Below are positions 1 through 12,778 of a DNA stretch of 64,000 bases, in pieces. The stretch comes from Hyaloraphidium curvatum SAG 235-1 (taxonomy: Eukaryota > Fungi > Monoblepharomycota): the NCBI GenBank assembly GCA_025558095.1, contig JAIVFI010000033.1, positions 186,001-250,000 on the forward strand, in the 5' to 3' direction. Every line of letters starts with the position of its first letter. Position 1 is the stretch's first letter. The notes under the pieces are model-generated. The model was not told the origin of the DNA. It was given only the letters and a program-made list of their open reading frames with translations, and did not search any database. Made by a program: the position numbers and the translations under genes.

Positions 1-14
1 GTCCGCTTCCGGGG

Positions 15-1001
15 TTGCACATGCAGATCCGCCGAGCGGGGCTCGGATCGAACGCGGACGCCGAGTGCCTCACCATTGATTCGTACATCAATCCGGCCAA
101 ATCGTGCGCCTTCTACTGCGATCCGCAGTGCAAGAACCTCCTCCTCGGCTTGGCCTCCCAGCTCCACGAGCCCCCGTACTACCCCCAGGCTAATTGCAAC
201 CGGACCTCCTCCACGGCCTCGTGGTGCCCCGCCGCGCTCGCCGTGGCCCTAAACGGCACCCTCCCGTCCCCCCAGATCTGCGAAGCGGTCCCCATGTGCC
301 CGCTGGATCGGGGCGGAAAATACGTCCCGCTCTCGACATGCGTGCGCTCCTGCGACCCCGGCGATAATGGGCACTACTTCATCGCCGTCTCGCTGCCCCC
401 CGTTAACCGAAACACCCCCGTTCGCACCGCCTGCGCCGGGCCAAGGAACGGCACCATAGTGCCGGGTTTGGCGTTCGAATCCGGCACCGCTTGCTCCTGG
501 TTCTTGGACCCGGCGTGCACGGTGCTGGCGCCGGGAGAACCGACGCCGGCGGAGATGGCCAATGACCGCGTGGTCGCCGGAGTGTTGTGCCCGCTGAAGG
601 AGCAGGGCGTGGTGAGGGGCTCGTGGTGCGACAGGGCGGAGGAGGCCTTTGAACCGGGGGGAGTCAAGACCGTTCTGCCATGCGGGGCGAAGAAGACGAC
701 GACGGAGCTGCAAATGACGTCGACAAGGGCGGCGACCTCGACGGCGGCACAAACGACCTCGACGGCGGCACAAACGACCTCGACGGCGGCACAAACGACC
801 TCGACGGCGGCGCAAGCAACCGCGACGGCGGCGCAGGCAACCTCGACAGCTGTGCAGGCGACGCCCACCCAGGCAACGTCACCCGTAGGACAGGCAACGT
901 CCACACGTGTGCCATCGGGCGCTGGACGCACGGGAGCGTCCGAGGAGGTGGCATGGATGGGGACACTGGCGGCGCTTGCAGCGATCGTTGCGGCGGTATG
1001 A
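15..1001 (+). CDS. Cys-rich secreted/cell-surface protein with Thr/Ala-rich stalk and probable GPI-anchor signal (true start probably upstream of the window)
   Basis: Many Cys, two similar C-x-(F/W)-x-x-DP-x-C segments, TSTAAQT heptad repeats, hydrophobic C-terminus (VAWMGTLAALAAIVAAV) after a small-residue omega region. Confidence 0.7.
   Translation: MHMQIRRAGLGSNADAECLTIDSYINPAKSCAFYCDPQCKNLLLGLASQLHEPPYYPQANCNRTSSTASWCPAALAVALNGTLPSPQICEAVPMCPLDRGGKYVPLSTCVRSCDPGDNGHYFIAVSLPPVNRNTPVRTACAGPRNGTIVPGLAFESGTACSWFLDPACTVLAPGEPTPAEMANDRVVAGVLCPLKEQGVVRGSWCDRAEEAFEPGGVKTVLPCGAKKTTTELQMTSTRAATSTAAQTTSTAAQTTSTAAQTTSTAAQATATAAQATSTAVQATPTQATSPVGQATSTRVPSGAGRTGASEEVAWMGTLAALAAIVAAV
734..845 (+). repeat. 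21-bp coding tandem repeat (ACCTCGACGGCGGCACAAACG; TSTAAQT)
   Basis: Three near-perfect copies plus degenerate copies visible in the sequence. Confidence 0.9.
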
Positions 1002-1143
1002 TCTTTTCGTGTGGTTCTCGTGGTGTACAGAGATCTGTGACGTCAGGCTGCTGTACCACGGACCGCGGTCCCCGTTCTCAAGGCCTCCATCGGCAGGCTG
1101 CTCCATGTTGTCCGAAACCACCCCGTACGCAAAATGCGGCCGA

Positions 1144-1733
1144 TCACTGGGCCGGAGCGGATCCGCAGGCGTTCCGGTGCTCCGCCCAGTCCAACCTCTG
1201 GCACTCTTTGGAGCAGTATACCACGGCCTTGCACCTTTGGCACCTTTTGAACTTGCCGTTGCCGTCGACGGTGGGCGGGTTCGGAACGTTGCAGAACGAG
1301 CAGAACCTCCTGACCTCTGGGTCGAATTGGTGCGGGACGCCGAAGAATCCGTCCAAACCAAGTCGTTTGCGGACGATGGGCATGATGTGGTCGACGTCGG
1401 TTCCCGTCTTGATCAGCTCGGGACCGTCCCAGACTTCGATGGAGAGCGAGTCGACGACGTTGGCGAAGATCGCAGCCGTCCAGTTGATAACAATCTCTTC
1501 GGCGGACGTCAGCGCGCTGCCCTGGGCGCGCCGGGCGGGAAAGTGAGCCCACCGTCCGTGACTTTCTCCAGGTGTTCGCGCGTAGCCGGACGGGCCCATA
1601 CTTTGTTGAGGCGGGGGCGCGAATGCGCAACCGCAAAGAGGAGCGAGCCGGCATTCTTCCTGATGCTCATGTCTGCGAACACGCTGCCGGGCAACTTGTA
1701 GGTGATGCGGAGGTCCACGTCGTTAGCGGCCAT
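1144..1733 (-). CDS. MYND-type zinc finger protein (one intron, ~1497-1552)
   Basis: CSFC...KRCQRCKAVVYCSKECQRLDWAEHRNAC; upstream exon starts MAANDVDLRITY; GT...GCTGAC...AG intron joins the frames. Confidence 0.8.
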
Positions 1734-2049
1734 TGCAGGTGCGGCGGGGAGCTTCGGCGCGGGGTGCGGATCGGAGCGATGCGGCCGGGGCGGCCGGCGA
1801 GATCCGTCCGTCACGGGGCGGTGGGGGGGCGCAGAGACACGAGGCAAGCAGACGCGCGGCGGCGGCGGTCAAGAGGTGCCGCCGTGGAAGACTCAGAGGC
1901 AGGTTTGCGCGGGACGGTTTGGTGTTGGTCGCGCGCGAGTCACTGGTCCCGCGCGCGCCAGGCTCTTCAGTCTCGGCTTTTGCATGAACTTGTGCAACGT
2001 CTTTCTTCGATCTTCTCTCGCTTTACATCAACGTCACTCGATCTGGGGA

Positions 2050-3263
2050 TCATTTCCACACTCTGATTGCCATCTTCCATTTCTCCCTGCACTTCGGACA
2101 GCGGCGACTCTTTTCCACATCCCGCACGCAGCCCTCGCACAGCACCATGTGCCCGCACGGAACCACGGCATGGGTCCGCTCCCTTTCCCAGCACACAATG
2201 CAGCTGCCTTCTTCTTCCTCGGCGGGTGCCGACGGCCTCTCGTCCAGAGCTGCCAGCCCATCCAATAGTGCGTTCATGGACGGTGGGGTACCGCGGGCAA
2301 TCAGGGAGTCCAGAGCTTGCAGGATGAGGCACAGGCGGTAACCCATGCTGCGGAGCTGTAGGATGGTAGCGCGGTGCGGGCGGTGGTCCGGCTCTAGAAG
2401 ATCATCGTCCCAAGTTTCTTTGCCCTGACACGCGCAGGCAAGTTTCTTCGCAGCAGCTGATGTAAACCGTTCTTCCGAGATTGAAGGCTCCAAGGAATCA
2501 TTCAGATGGTGTTCCATCGGGACGCTATTCAGCAACCGTCGTTTCTTCCTCGGTGTCGGCAGCTCCGAATCTGAATCCAAGTTTAAAATCGGCGGTAACG
2601 GAGCCGCACGTGGCTTCTTTCTCGGTGACTGCATCTCCAGAAGCTCGTCCGAAGACGACGGCGAAGATGCCGAAAGTGTCCGCTTCGTTGGAAAAGGCGG
2701 CTTGATGGTCGCTTTCGCAAAATACTCAGCGCGGGGGCCATCCTTCCTAGGTGGCGCCGGGAGCTTCCAGTACACGGCATTTGAGCCCAAAGTTCTCCTC
2801 GGCGAGGTATCCACCAAGCGCCGCTGGCCCGGGCGGGAGTCTCTCTGACGCTTCTTTGCTTCGGGAACCACGGGCGCCTCCGAGGCCTCGTCCTCCGAAG
2901 TGCTCCTATCTGCGAGCCCGTCCCTGCCCTTGCCTGGAAAGAACAGCGTTCCGCGGGGTCGGAAGGCCACGATGGGGTCGGCACCGCTCGCAGGACGACG
3001 CGCCGTGGCCGACGGCTGGGCGCCTCCCGTGACGGTTTCCCTTCTCCGCCGCTCGTGCAACGTAGGTTTGTAAACTTTAAGAATGAGCCGTTGCCGCTAA
3101 AGGTCGTTGCCTTCCGAGTGCCACAACGGAACTCACTCATGTTCGACGGACCCCTCAGGTCGCCCGGCGCGGGTGTCCTCCCATGTTCGGTCTTGCAAGC
3201 GCCCTCCTCGGCCTTCAGCTCCTTCCTAATAGCCTCCCGCTCATGTACGCGTCGCCCGAGCAT
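2050..3263 (-). CDS. Protein with C-terminal C3HC4 RING finger (probable E3 ligase); 5' end uncertain
   Basis: CIVCWERERTHAVVPCGHMVLCEGC...CPKCR at the C-terminus, preceded by a disordered region with NLS-like basic clusters (PRKKPR, PRKKRR). Confidence 0.7.
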
Positions 3264-3797
3264 GGCACAGAGGGCCCTGCACGCGGCGAATTCGGCGGGT
3301 AGTTGACGGTAGCTGGATTTCTCGCGGAGACCGATCCCCAGCGAAGTGGCTCATGATGAGGAGGACCAAGACGGTCGATGGAATGTCCTCCATGTCGTGC
3401 ACTGATCTGGAGGCTCGAAGAGCGACTCATTGCGAAGACTCCGACGTAGGGACACGCATTCCCCACGAACTCGTGGCAGTTGGCAAAAACAGCTGATGTC
3501 GGCAGCTACTTGAGCTCTTATACTAGCTTTTGAAGACGTTCTATGGGCGCCGTGACGATGTGCAGGGTGGACCTGAGGACATCTTGGCGATCGGGCACGC
3601 GAGGCGCACTGGAGACATGCACTGTAGGCGAAACCGGCCAGAGCACAAGAGAAAGAAACTCAGTCGATCAATTTGAAAGCCTCTGAACAGAGTTGCGGAC
3701 AGAAAGACTGCGACATTTGCTGGGGGACACCGACGTGGAAGTCGCGTGTGGCGGCGCCGCCCGCCGGCCCGATCCTCAACCCGAGACAGGCTCAACC

Positions 3798-5934
3798 ATG
3801 ATGCTCCTGCGCGCTCTCGGCAGACGCGGGCTCGCCACTGCGGCGTCCCCCGTGGCGACGGCCGGCCGGCTGCCGGCTGCGGCGGCCAACGCGGCGCCCA
3901 GCACGGCTTTTGGGGGCATGCCGGTCGCCAGTTCCTACACCGGCTTCTTCCAGGCTCCCCCCGCGCTGGAGAACCAATGGACCGCAGACGCCGTGCTCCG
4001 CTCGATCCTCAAGAGCTCACTGGGCGTGCCAGGCGAGATGTACGCGGAATGGGACGCCGACCTGCACCGCTTCGGCGACCTCATGGTCAGCCCCGCCCTC
4101 CTCGAGCACATCCGCGAGGGCGAGGAGAACCTGCCCAAGATCGTCCAGTTCGACGGCTGGGGAAAGCGCGTCGACAAGCTGCACACCTCGGCGGCCTGGA
4201 AGGAGATGAAGAAGCTGGTGGCACGCGAAAAGCTCATCTCAATTGGTTACGACCGCGCCAAGTGGGGCCAGCACGCCCGGACCTATCAATTCGCCAAGGA
4301 GCACTTGTTCTCGCCTTCGTCTAGCTATGCCGTATGCCCCCTTGGCATGAGTGACGCAGCTGCACGATTGATAGAGCTGCACGGTCGTGGGGTACCCGAA
4401 CTCGAGGAAGCTTACGACAGGCTCACGACGAACGACGAGACCCGCATGCAATACACAGGGCAGTGGATGACTGAAAGGCCGGGCGGTTCCGACGTGTCGC
4501 GGACCGAGACCCAGGCGTTCAAGGCCGATGACGGATCCTGGCGCATCCACGGCTTCAAGTGGTTCACATCTGCGGTGGATTCCGACATGGTATTCCTTCT
4601 CGCGCGGCACGTGGATCCTCAGAACCCGCAGCTCTCGGACTTTTCCTCCTCCAAGGGCCTCTCGCTCTTCTTCGCGTGGATGCACGACCCTGCGAGCCCC
4701 AACGGCCTTAACGGGATCCGTGTCCACCGCCTCAAGAACAAGCTCGGCACGCGCCCCCTCCCCACCGCCGAGCTCGAGCTCGACGGCATGCGCGCCTCGC
4801 TGGTCGGCAAGCCCGGGCGCGGCGTTGCCCAGATGGCCACGATGCTCAACCTCTCGCGGCTGCACTGCTGCGTCTGGTCCTCGGGATACGTCGCTCGGGC
4901 GCTACAGCTGGCCGCGGACTGGAGCGCGAAGCGCTACGCGTTCGGTAAGCCGCTCTACCGACACCCCCTGCACATGCACCACATGTCGAAACTCGCGGCC
5001 ACGTACCGTGCGATCCTGCACCTGACGTTCCATTCCGTCGCGCTTGTCGGCAAGACCGAGGTGGACGAGCTTGCGGGCAACCTGAGCGAGGACGACAAGT
5101 GGATGCTGCGGCTGCTGACCCCCGTGTCCAAGGCCTTTGTCAGCCTCGAGAGCGTGGCGGTGGTGCAGGGCGCAATGGAGGCCATCGGCGGGCAGGGATT
5201 CATGGAAGACGCCGGGCTGGCGCGTCTGTACCGCGACGTCATGGTGGTGAGTTGCCTTTCGACAGAGTTGCTCGTTCTTCTCTGATCGCTCGCGTCTCCT
5301 TTCGCAGAACACCCTGTGGGAAGGCACGGTCAACGCCCTTTCCCACGACCTCCTCAGGGTCTTCCACCAGACCTCGGGCCGCGCCATCGACCTCCTCCGC
5401 TCGTCCGTGCTGGCCCGCATTTCGCCTGCCGCTTCGGTCCCGGAGCTCCGCGGCGCGGCCAAGGCCGTCGAGGAGGCCACGGACCTCGTCGCGAGCTTCT
5501 CTGGCGAGATGATGCGAACGGCCAGCGCGGACGGCAAGGAGGTGGACCCAGGGATGGAGAGGCTGCTCAGGGAGCTCACTCTGAGCATCGGCCGTGTGAT
5601 CTCCGGCAGCCTGATGGTGGGCCAAATACTTTGGCCGTCCGCGATCAGTCGTGCTCACCCAACCGACCCGTGCGACCCGCAGATCGAGCACGCAATCAAC
5701 ACTGGCGACGCCTCCGACGTCGTCGCTGCGCAGCGCTGGAACCGGGGAAGCAACCTCGCCGGCGTGCTCCGGGACGAGACCGAGCTCCTCCGGGCGGGCG
5801 GGTTTGGCGTGCCGGAGCTTAGGGGAGATAGGAGCGCGGAGAAGGCGTGGCTCGCGGGGGACGCGAGGGTGGAGCTGGGAGATGCGTTGCTGGGGATGGA
5901 CATGTTGGTGAACCGGCCTCAAGTGGCCGCGTAA
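3798..5934 (+). CDS. Acyl-CoA dehydrogenase, AidB/ACAD11-like, probable mitochondrial presequence (2 introns)
   Basis: GQWMTERPGGSDV, HGFKWFTSA, RLKNKLGTRPLPTAELEL, EAIGGQGFMED, LYRDVMV|NTLWEGT; N-terminus MMLLRALGRRGLATAA. Confidence 0.9.
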
Positions 5935-6093
5935 AGGTAGCTTTGTCAAGTGATCCGTGATAGAAGATGGTTTGGACGCAACTAGGCAACTGGGTTGTAT
6001 CGCTGAGGCAGATAATCTGGAATCCATCTCCATTGACTTCAACAACGCGCTTACATCCAAATTCAAGCCTGCTGTACAGCCCTCTATAGATCT

Positions 6094-8660
6094 TTACCTC
6101 TTGCGGTAGTTGCGCGAGAACATCAAGCCCGTCAGCGACATCAGCGAGAAGAAGATGAACAGGCACACTGGAGGCGGCGGGGTCAGCCTGGGAAGAGCGG
6201 CTGGGCAGCGAAATCGAACGCACCGTTCACAGCGTACGCAATGTTGGTGGCCGCGGGGTTCTCGGGCGACAGGTCGCGGTACGTCTTGATGAAGTCCGCG
6301 CCCTGGCCCACGGGGCAGTAGTACCCGGGAGGGAACAGGGAGGGGTCGCGGGCGATGGCGCTGGCGATCGACGACGAGTTGCGGTACATGGGGAAAGCGC
6401 CGATGGCGTTGCGGTACTGGGCGGGCTCCGAGAAGTTGTTCGGGGTCGTGGTGAGGGGAGCGATGGTCGAGGCCAGCTGGTTGTTGATCGCGAGCAGGTT
6501 GGCCTGGGTGGCGGGAGTGGCGTCCGCAAGACCCGAGGTGGCGGCGTTGGCGGACATGATGCCCACGCCCTGCCAGAACTGGGCGACCTGGACGTCGTTC
6601 GAGGGGGTGGCGAGGAAGGTGGCGTTCATGGCGCCGGCGAAGCCGCCCGCGACGGGGGCCGCGAAGATGGTCGAGGGAAGCGTGGGGCACTCCATGATGT
6701 AGTCCTTCATGACCTGCCAGATCTGGAGAGGAAGATCGGGGTCAGAATGATCCTTGCATTCCGCAGGTCCGATCAGGTACTCACGACGAACTGCAGGCAC
6801 CAGCGCCAGTAGTTGATGTCGGCGAGCCAGCGGAGGGCGGGCGACACGGTGCCGAGGGCGGCCTGGGTGCCCGAGAAGGCGTAGAAGATAAGGCCGGCGG
6901 CCCAGAGGGCAGTGTAGGCCTGCACGAGGGTCTTGCACCACGCCGACCAGGCCTGCGACACGGCGGTGGCGAGCCACATCTGGAGCAGCATCATGGGGTA
7001 GATCAGGCCGAAGTACTTGGCCTCGAAGCCGGCCATGAAGAAGATGATGACCATCTGGATCGTGGTGATGACGGTGGTGAAGCAGCCCCTACAATGCGAG
7101 CTGTTAGCGCCGTGGCGCCGAAAGATGCACGTTGAAGACCCACTCGATGAGGAGGTAGGTCAGCCAGAACGGAGGGGTGTGGTAGAAGGCGGTGTCGAGC
7201 TCCTGCAGGTAGAGCTCGCGGTCCTCCAGGAACTGCGGCACGGCGGCGATGGCGACGAAGATGGCGAGGAAAGCGAACGTCGTCGTGAGCGAGAGCCGGT
7301 TGCGGATGCCCTGGATGTCGTTTTGCAGCTGGTGGAAGACCAGTCAGCGCAGTGCGCTGAGGAATCAGCGGGGAAAGCTCACGTTGAAGAAGAGACCACC
7401 GAAGAGAAGCGCAAGCGCCGTGAACATGAACAGGCGGCCCCACGAAGTCGAGGGGTTGCGCCAGTAGCGGACGAGGCAGCGGTAGCCGACGAGGCCGATC
7501 TGGTGGTACCAGGGGCGCTCGACGATGTACTCCGAGTACCGGACGGGGCCGTATGTCTGGCTCTTGAGGCGGGCGATCTCGGCCATGTTGGCGGCGGCGA
7601 GCGGCGACTTGTCATAGTACTCGGCGGCGGCCTGGGTGTTGGCCGAGATGACGTCGAGGTAGTGCTCGATGGGGTTCTGGAGCTTGGGCGTCGGGTAGCC
7701 CATGGTCGTGAAGTACGACTCGGCGGCGGCGACGGGGCCGAAGAAGCAGGTGCGGCCCTCGGACAGAAGCATGCAGTTGTCGAACAGCTTGAAGACGGCC
7801 TCGCAGGGCTGGTGGATGACGATCACGACGCAGACGTTCTCCGACTTGACGTATTTCAGCACGAGCTCCATGGTGAAGCGAGCGCCGAAGTCGTCGAGGC
7901 CGCTGGAGGTGGAATCGCCCGTCAGCAAAGGCGCTCGCTGCCCGAGACAGCCGGGCAGACAACTCACGAGGTGGGCTCGTCGAGGAAGAGCATGCGAGGG
8001 CGGGCAATCATCTCGGTGGCGACCTCGGTGCGCTTCTTCTCGCCGGACGAGACACCGCGGATCAGCTCGTCGCCGACGGGGGTGTTCTGGGCGTTGGTGA
8101 GTTTGAGGCCGGAAATGACCTCGTCGACGCGGGCGATGCGCTCCTCCTTGGTCGAGTGGCGGGGCATGCGGCACTCGGCCGCGAACATGAGGGTCTCGCG
8201 GACGGTCATGGTCGGGATGTGCGCCATCATGGTGGTGATCTGGCCGAGCCGCTTCTTGAAGAAGACGTCCGGCTTCTCGCCGTTGACGAGGACCTCGCCG
8301 GTCAGCTCGCCGAGCGACTTGCGCTGCGACAGAATGTCTGGAGGCAAGGCAGAGGAGGGTCAACAGATGGCCTAATCGCAGGAGACACGCTGTCACCCAC
8401 CGACGAGCGTGGTCTTGCCGGCGCCCGAGGGGCCGATGATGGCGAGCGACTCGCCGGGGCGCGCGAAGCCATAGCTGTCGATGAGCGAGTGCACGATCTT
8501 CTTCTCGCCGAAGAGGTTGCCCGACTTGAGCTTGCAGTTGACGTTCTCCCAGGTGACCTGCGGAGCGCCGGGGATCAGCGGGGCCGGGCGTGCGCGCCGC
8601 GCGGCACCGCACCGTGTAGCCGGCGTGGCTCGCGGCGACGTCGGCGGCGGTGTCGGCCAT
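6094..8660 (-). CDS. ABCG-family half transporter (NBD-TMD), multi-exon
   Basis: Walker A GPSGAGKTT, signature VSSGEKKR, Walker B LFLDEPT, H-loop IHQP, NPIEHYLD, YWRNP entry into the ABC-2 membrane domain. Confidence 0.9.
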
Positions 8661-8769
8661 CGTTGCGTCGCTATGCTACGAGGCTGCGGAGCGACAAGGT
8701 GGTCCGTTTGGCGTTGTGCGGAGAGCTTTGGCGCCGGCTGAACCCGAGCAAAGGGAGACGGACGGGGAT

Positions 8770-8787
8770 CCCCGCAATAAAAATAAA
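8770..8787 (-). promoter_or_regulatory. Possible Mig1/CreA-type site (TTTATTTTTATTGCGGGG) in the divergent ABCG promoter
   Basis: Matches the AT-box + SYGGGG consensus; further CTGGGG/GTGGGG boxes at ~9433-9480. Confidence 0.3.
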
Positions 8788-9786
8788 CTCGAGCCCCCAT
8801 CCGACCACCACCCTGCATCGCGGACGCCAAAAGCGCTTGAATCCCCCAAAAGTGGCAAACGCAACTCAGTCGTGAAAATGAAATGTCGATGCCGATTTCT
8901 TCGACCTCCTTGTATTGAAGTTTCGCGACGTTTTCCAACCCCGATCCCATGTCCCTTTGGCCGGCCCGAGATCGCGCATCGCCGCGCTGCACGAAGCACC
9001 TGGAGCGTTCGATCGGACGCGATCGGACGCCAAATCATCCTCTTTTTGTAACCTTGGAAGTTTACTGGCTCTCGTCCATCGTGCTGCCCGGGGTGTGGGT
9101 CCGATCGCGCCCGGTGAATCGACCATCACACGCTGACGTGGGCTATATTGAGGGCCACGGGTCCGTCGACTCGACCCAACCGTCCGCAAACGATCGCCCG
9201 GGCCAGGGAACGACATTTCGACGCGCTTTTTGGCGCAAACCAAGGACGATCGGTGGCTTATCTCGTGCCATTGCGGCGGGAGGCACGCGGGGGGACAGGC
9301 GATCTGCCGGGGTCCCGCGGCAGAAAATCGAGGGAAGAAGGAACATCCAGCCCGGAACATCCAAAATGCAATTTCAATCTGCCCTCTACAGGTGCTCTAT
9401 CCCACCAGCGCAGTAATATGTGGCAATATTGGCTGGGGAAAAAAAGACCAAGTGGGGGCCATCCGCTGGGCGTGGGGGCCCGGCGTTGGGTTTTCCCTTG
9501 TCTCCCCGACAGAGCGCTGCAGACCGGCCAATCTCCACCTCCAACACATTCTCGGACGTGGGTGTCCTTGCCCGGCGGCTGCAGTCTCTTTCCAGGCAGT
9601 TCCGCTGCCGAGAACGGAGACTGACAGCGAGCCGCGTCCGCGCATCGTTCGGTCGCTCACCGTCGGTTCCCGCCGTCGCCTCCCTCGCGCCACGACTCCG
9701 AATCTCCTGTCGACCTCGATTACCTTCGGCTCCTTGCGTATCGCACGCTGCCTTTCGCTCCCAGTTCGCGCACGGACCACAGCACC

Positions 9787-12569
9787 ATGGCCACCGTGCC
9801 CGCCGAGACCGTGGCCGCCAACGTCGCGGACGCTGCGAACGTCGCGACCGAGGTCGCCGACAAGGCCCTCGCGCCCACCGAGACCTCGATTGCCCTGCCC
9901 AAGGCCAGCGAGAAGATCGCCCGCCTGGCGTCGTGGGCCGTCACGGACCCGAACCAGCTCAACCCGGCCTTCTTCTCGTTCAAGGACATCAGCTGCGTGC
10001 TCAAGTCCGATGGCAAGCCCAAGGTCCTCCTGGACATGGTCTCGGGCTACTGCAAGGTGCGCTGCCCCGTTCAGCGTTGCGCCGCAGCCCGGAGCTGATC
10101 CCGCTCGCCCCGCAGCCCGGCGAGACGCTCGCCATCATGGGTCCCTCGGGCGCCGGCAAGTCGACCCTTCTCGACATCCTTGCCTTCCGCAAGACCACCG
10201 GCAAATGGACCCAGGACATCCGCCTGAACGGCGCCCTGCTCACCAAGCGCACCTTCGTCAAGGAGTCGGGCTACGTCACCTCGGACGACCTTCTCACCCC
10301 CGAGCTGACCTGCAAGGAGATGCTGCGCTTCGGTGCCGCTCTCCGTCTGCCCGCCGACTGGAGCGAGCAGGCCCGCGAGGCTAGGGTGCGTGCCACCTTG
10401 GTCTGATCTCGCGATTGTTGCTGATCGGCCCGCCCTTGCAGATCAGCGACGTGCTCGAGGTCATGCGCCTCGGCTACTGCGAGAACCGCCGCATCGGTGG
10501 CGCCCTCCAGCGCGGTCTGTCCACCGGCGAGCGCAAGCGCCTCAACGTCGCCATGGAGCTCCTGCCCGTCGCTTCGGTGCTCTTCCTTGACGAGCCCACG
10601 ACCGGCCTCGACTCCAACACCGGCCGCGAGATCATCGCCAACGTCGTCGAGGTCACCCGCCTCCGCAAGCTCGCCTGCGTTGCCACCATTCACCAGCCCT
10701 CGTACACCGTGCTGTCGCAGTTCGACTACCTGCTCGCGCTCGCCAAGGGCAAGCTCTGCTACTACGGCCGCGTCGTCGACGCCATCCTGTACTTCGAGTC
10801 GCTCGGCATCCCCGTCGCCGGCAACCCTGGTGAGTTCTTGCGTGTGTGCCGCGGCCGGAGATCTCGCTGATCATCGTCGTGGACTGCCAGCCGAGATCTA
10901 CGCCGACGCCCTCGCCGCCCAGCCCGACCGCCTTATCGAGGCCTGGGAGGGTTCGGCCGAGAGGACCATCCTCGACAAGAAGGTCGAGGCAATCCACTCG
11001 GGCCAGGGTTCGATCAACGACGTCGTCGCCAAGGCCGACGAGGTCCCCACCTTTGGCGACCGCCTCGGTTTCTACCAGCAGGCCCCCGTTTGGGTCCAGT
11101 TCTGGCAGCTCCTCAAGCGCCAGGTGCTCGTCTACCTCCGCAACCCCATCATGTCGACTTCCCGCTTCATCGCCGGCATCTTCACCGCCCTCTTCTTCGG
11201 CGGCGCCTTCTGGCAGCTCGGCCGCAACGTCGGCGGCTACGACGCCCGTTGCGCCGAGGGTTTCGCGTACAAGCTCATGGTTCCCGGCTACGGTTCCGCC
11301 GCCATCGCCTACTGGGTCGAGAAGCGCAAGCAGTACTACCACGAGGAGGCCGCCGGCTACTACCACCGCCTCGGCCACCTTCTCGTCATGTTCTTCGTCG
11401 AGTGGCTCTTCGTCTCGGCCGTCATGGTGAGCTCAACGGCGCCGATCTTTGTCGGACCGTTGCTGATCTCCTCGCCTTCAGGCCGTCGTCGGTGGCATCA
11501 TGTTCCCCATGTCGGGCTGGCTGCCTAACAGGATCGGCTACTACATCGCCTACATGATCTGCGAGGCCTTTGCTTCGACCGGCCTCAACCTCGTGTGCGC
11601 GTATGCCGCCGCCTCGATCCCGTACGCCAACGCCACCTTCACCCTGCACTACTTCTACGGCATTCTGCTCGGCGGCTACTACATCACCGATATCTTCCTG
11701 TTCACCCGCCACCCCTCCGTCGAGGCCTTCTGGCAGTGGTTCTCGTGAGTAGCCGCGATGCGCTTGGCCGTCTGCGGATCGCTGACGCTCGGTTCGCGCA
11801 GGTACGACCGTCTGTGGTTCGTCCCCACCATGCGTGAGGAGCTCTACGGCCAGAACCTCACCTGCCTCGAGACCGAGAAGTTCCCCTTCGACGTCACCGG
11901 CATGTCAGTCCGCGGTATCGGCGGTGCGGCCAAGAACGTCACCACCCAGGCCGTGTCTGCCAACCCCAGCCTCGTGGCTGCCATGAACTCGTTCGGCCTC
12001 TGGCAGGACGCTTCGGCGGACGTCAACGCCACCGTCAACTCGCTCTACCGCACTAGCAACACCCTGCAGAACCTGCAGACCTCGCGCGCCGCCGCCGTCG
12101 CCAACAGCAGCCCGCAGGCCGTCATCGACAACCTCGACTCGCTGACGAGCGTCGCCCGCGCCGCCTTTGCCTCGGCGGTCAACATCCCCGTCACGAACGA
12201 GGCCGCCCTCTCGACGGCGCTCACGCAGGCGAACGAGGGCTCGTACTACCTCGGCTTCGCCAACTTCCTCGCCGCCAACCCCCTGCCCTCGGCCATGACC
12301 TGCTTCTACGCCGACGGCGAGGCCTACATCGTCAACGCTCTGGGTGAGTTGCCGATTGCCCTCCCAGTCACGAGACGTGCTGATCTGCTCCCTTCTCAGC
12401 CTTCGACTGGATCACCCGCAACGCGTCGGGCGCCATCGTCCAGTACGACATCGACCACTTCAACACCACGTCGACCGGCTTCTACGTGGCCGTGGCGTTC
12501 ATCACCGGCATCGGCTGGTTCATCATTGCGTACATCTGCCTGTGGCTCTGCAACTTCCGTCAGAAGTAG
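9787..12569 (+). CDS. ABCG-family half transporter (NBD-TMD), multi-exon, divergent from the first
   Basis: GPSGAGKST, LSTGERKR, LFLDEPTTGLD, IHQPS, YLRNP, six-TM ABC-2 domain with a long extracellular loop. Confidence 0.92.
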
Positions 12570-12778
12570 GCGGCTTTTGGAGTGCGGGGGCTGCGGTCTT
12601 TGGAGAAGATGTAAATTCCGGATAGAGTACGGATCTGAACTCTTCTGCTTTCGATTGTCCCCTGTATCCGACCGCTTTGCGTTGGAGATTCGGGCGTGCT
12701 GATGTTGGGCGGAGTCGGACTTTGCCATGCGCGCCAACCCGAATCTGTGGACTTTCTCGCCGCGGCCTGCTGGCCGCC

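Noticed and set aside
734-845. Regular 21-bp repeats as a CRISPR-like array
   Set aside because: No spacers; an in-frame coding repeat for a Thr-rich stalk
3353-3405. Possible C/D snoRNA (ATGATGA...CTGA)
   Set aside because: Only ~53 nt, with no terminal stem or recognisable rRNA guide
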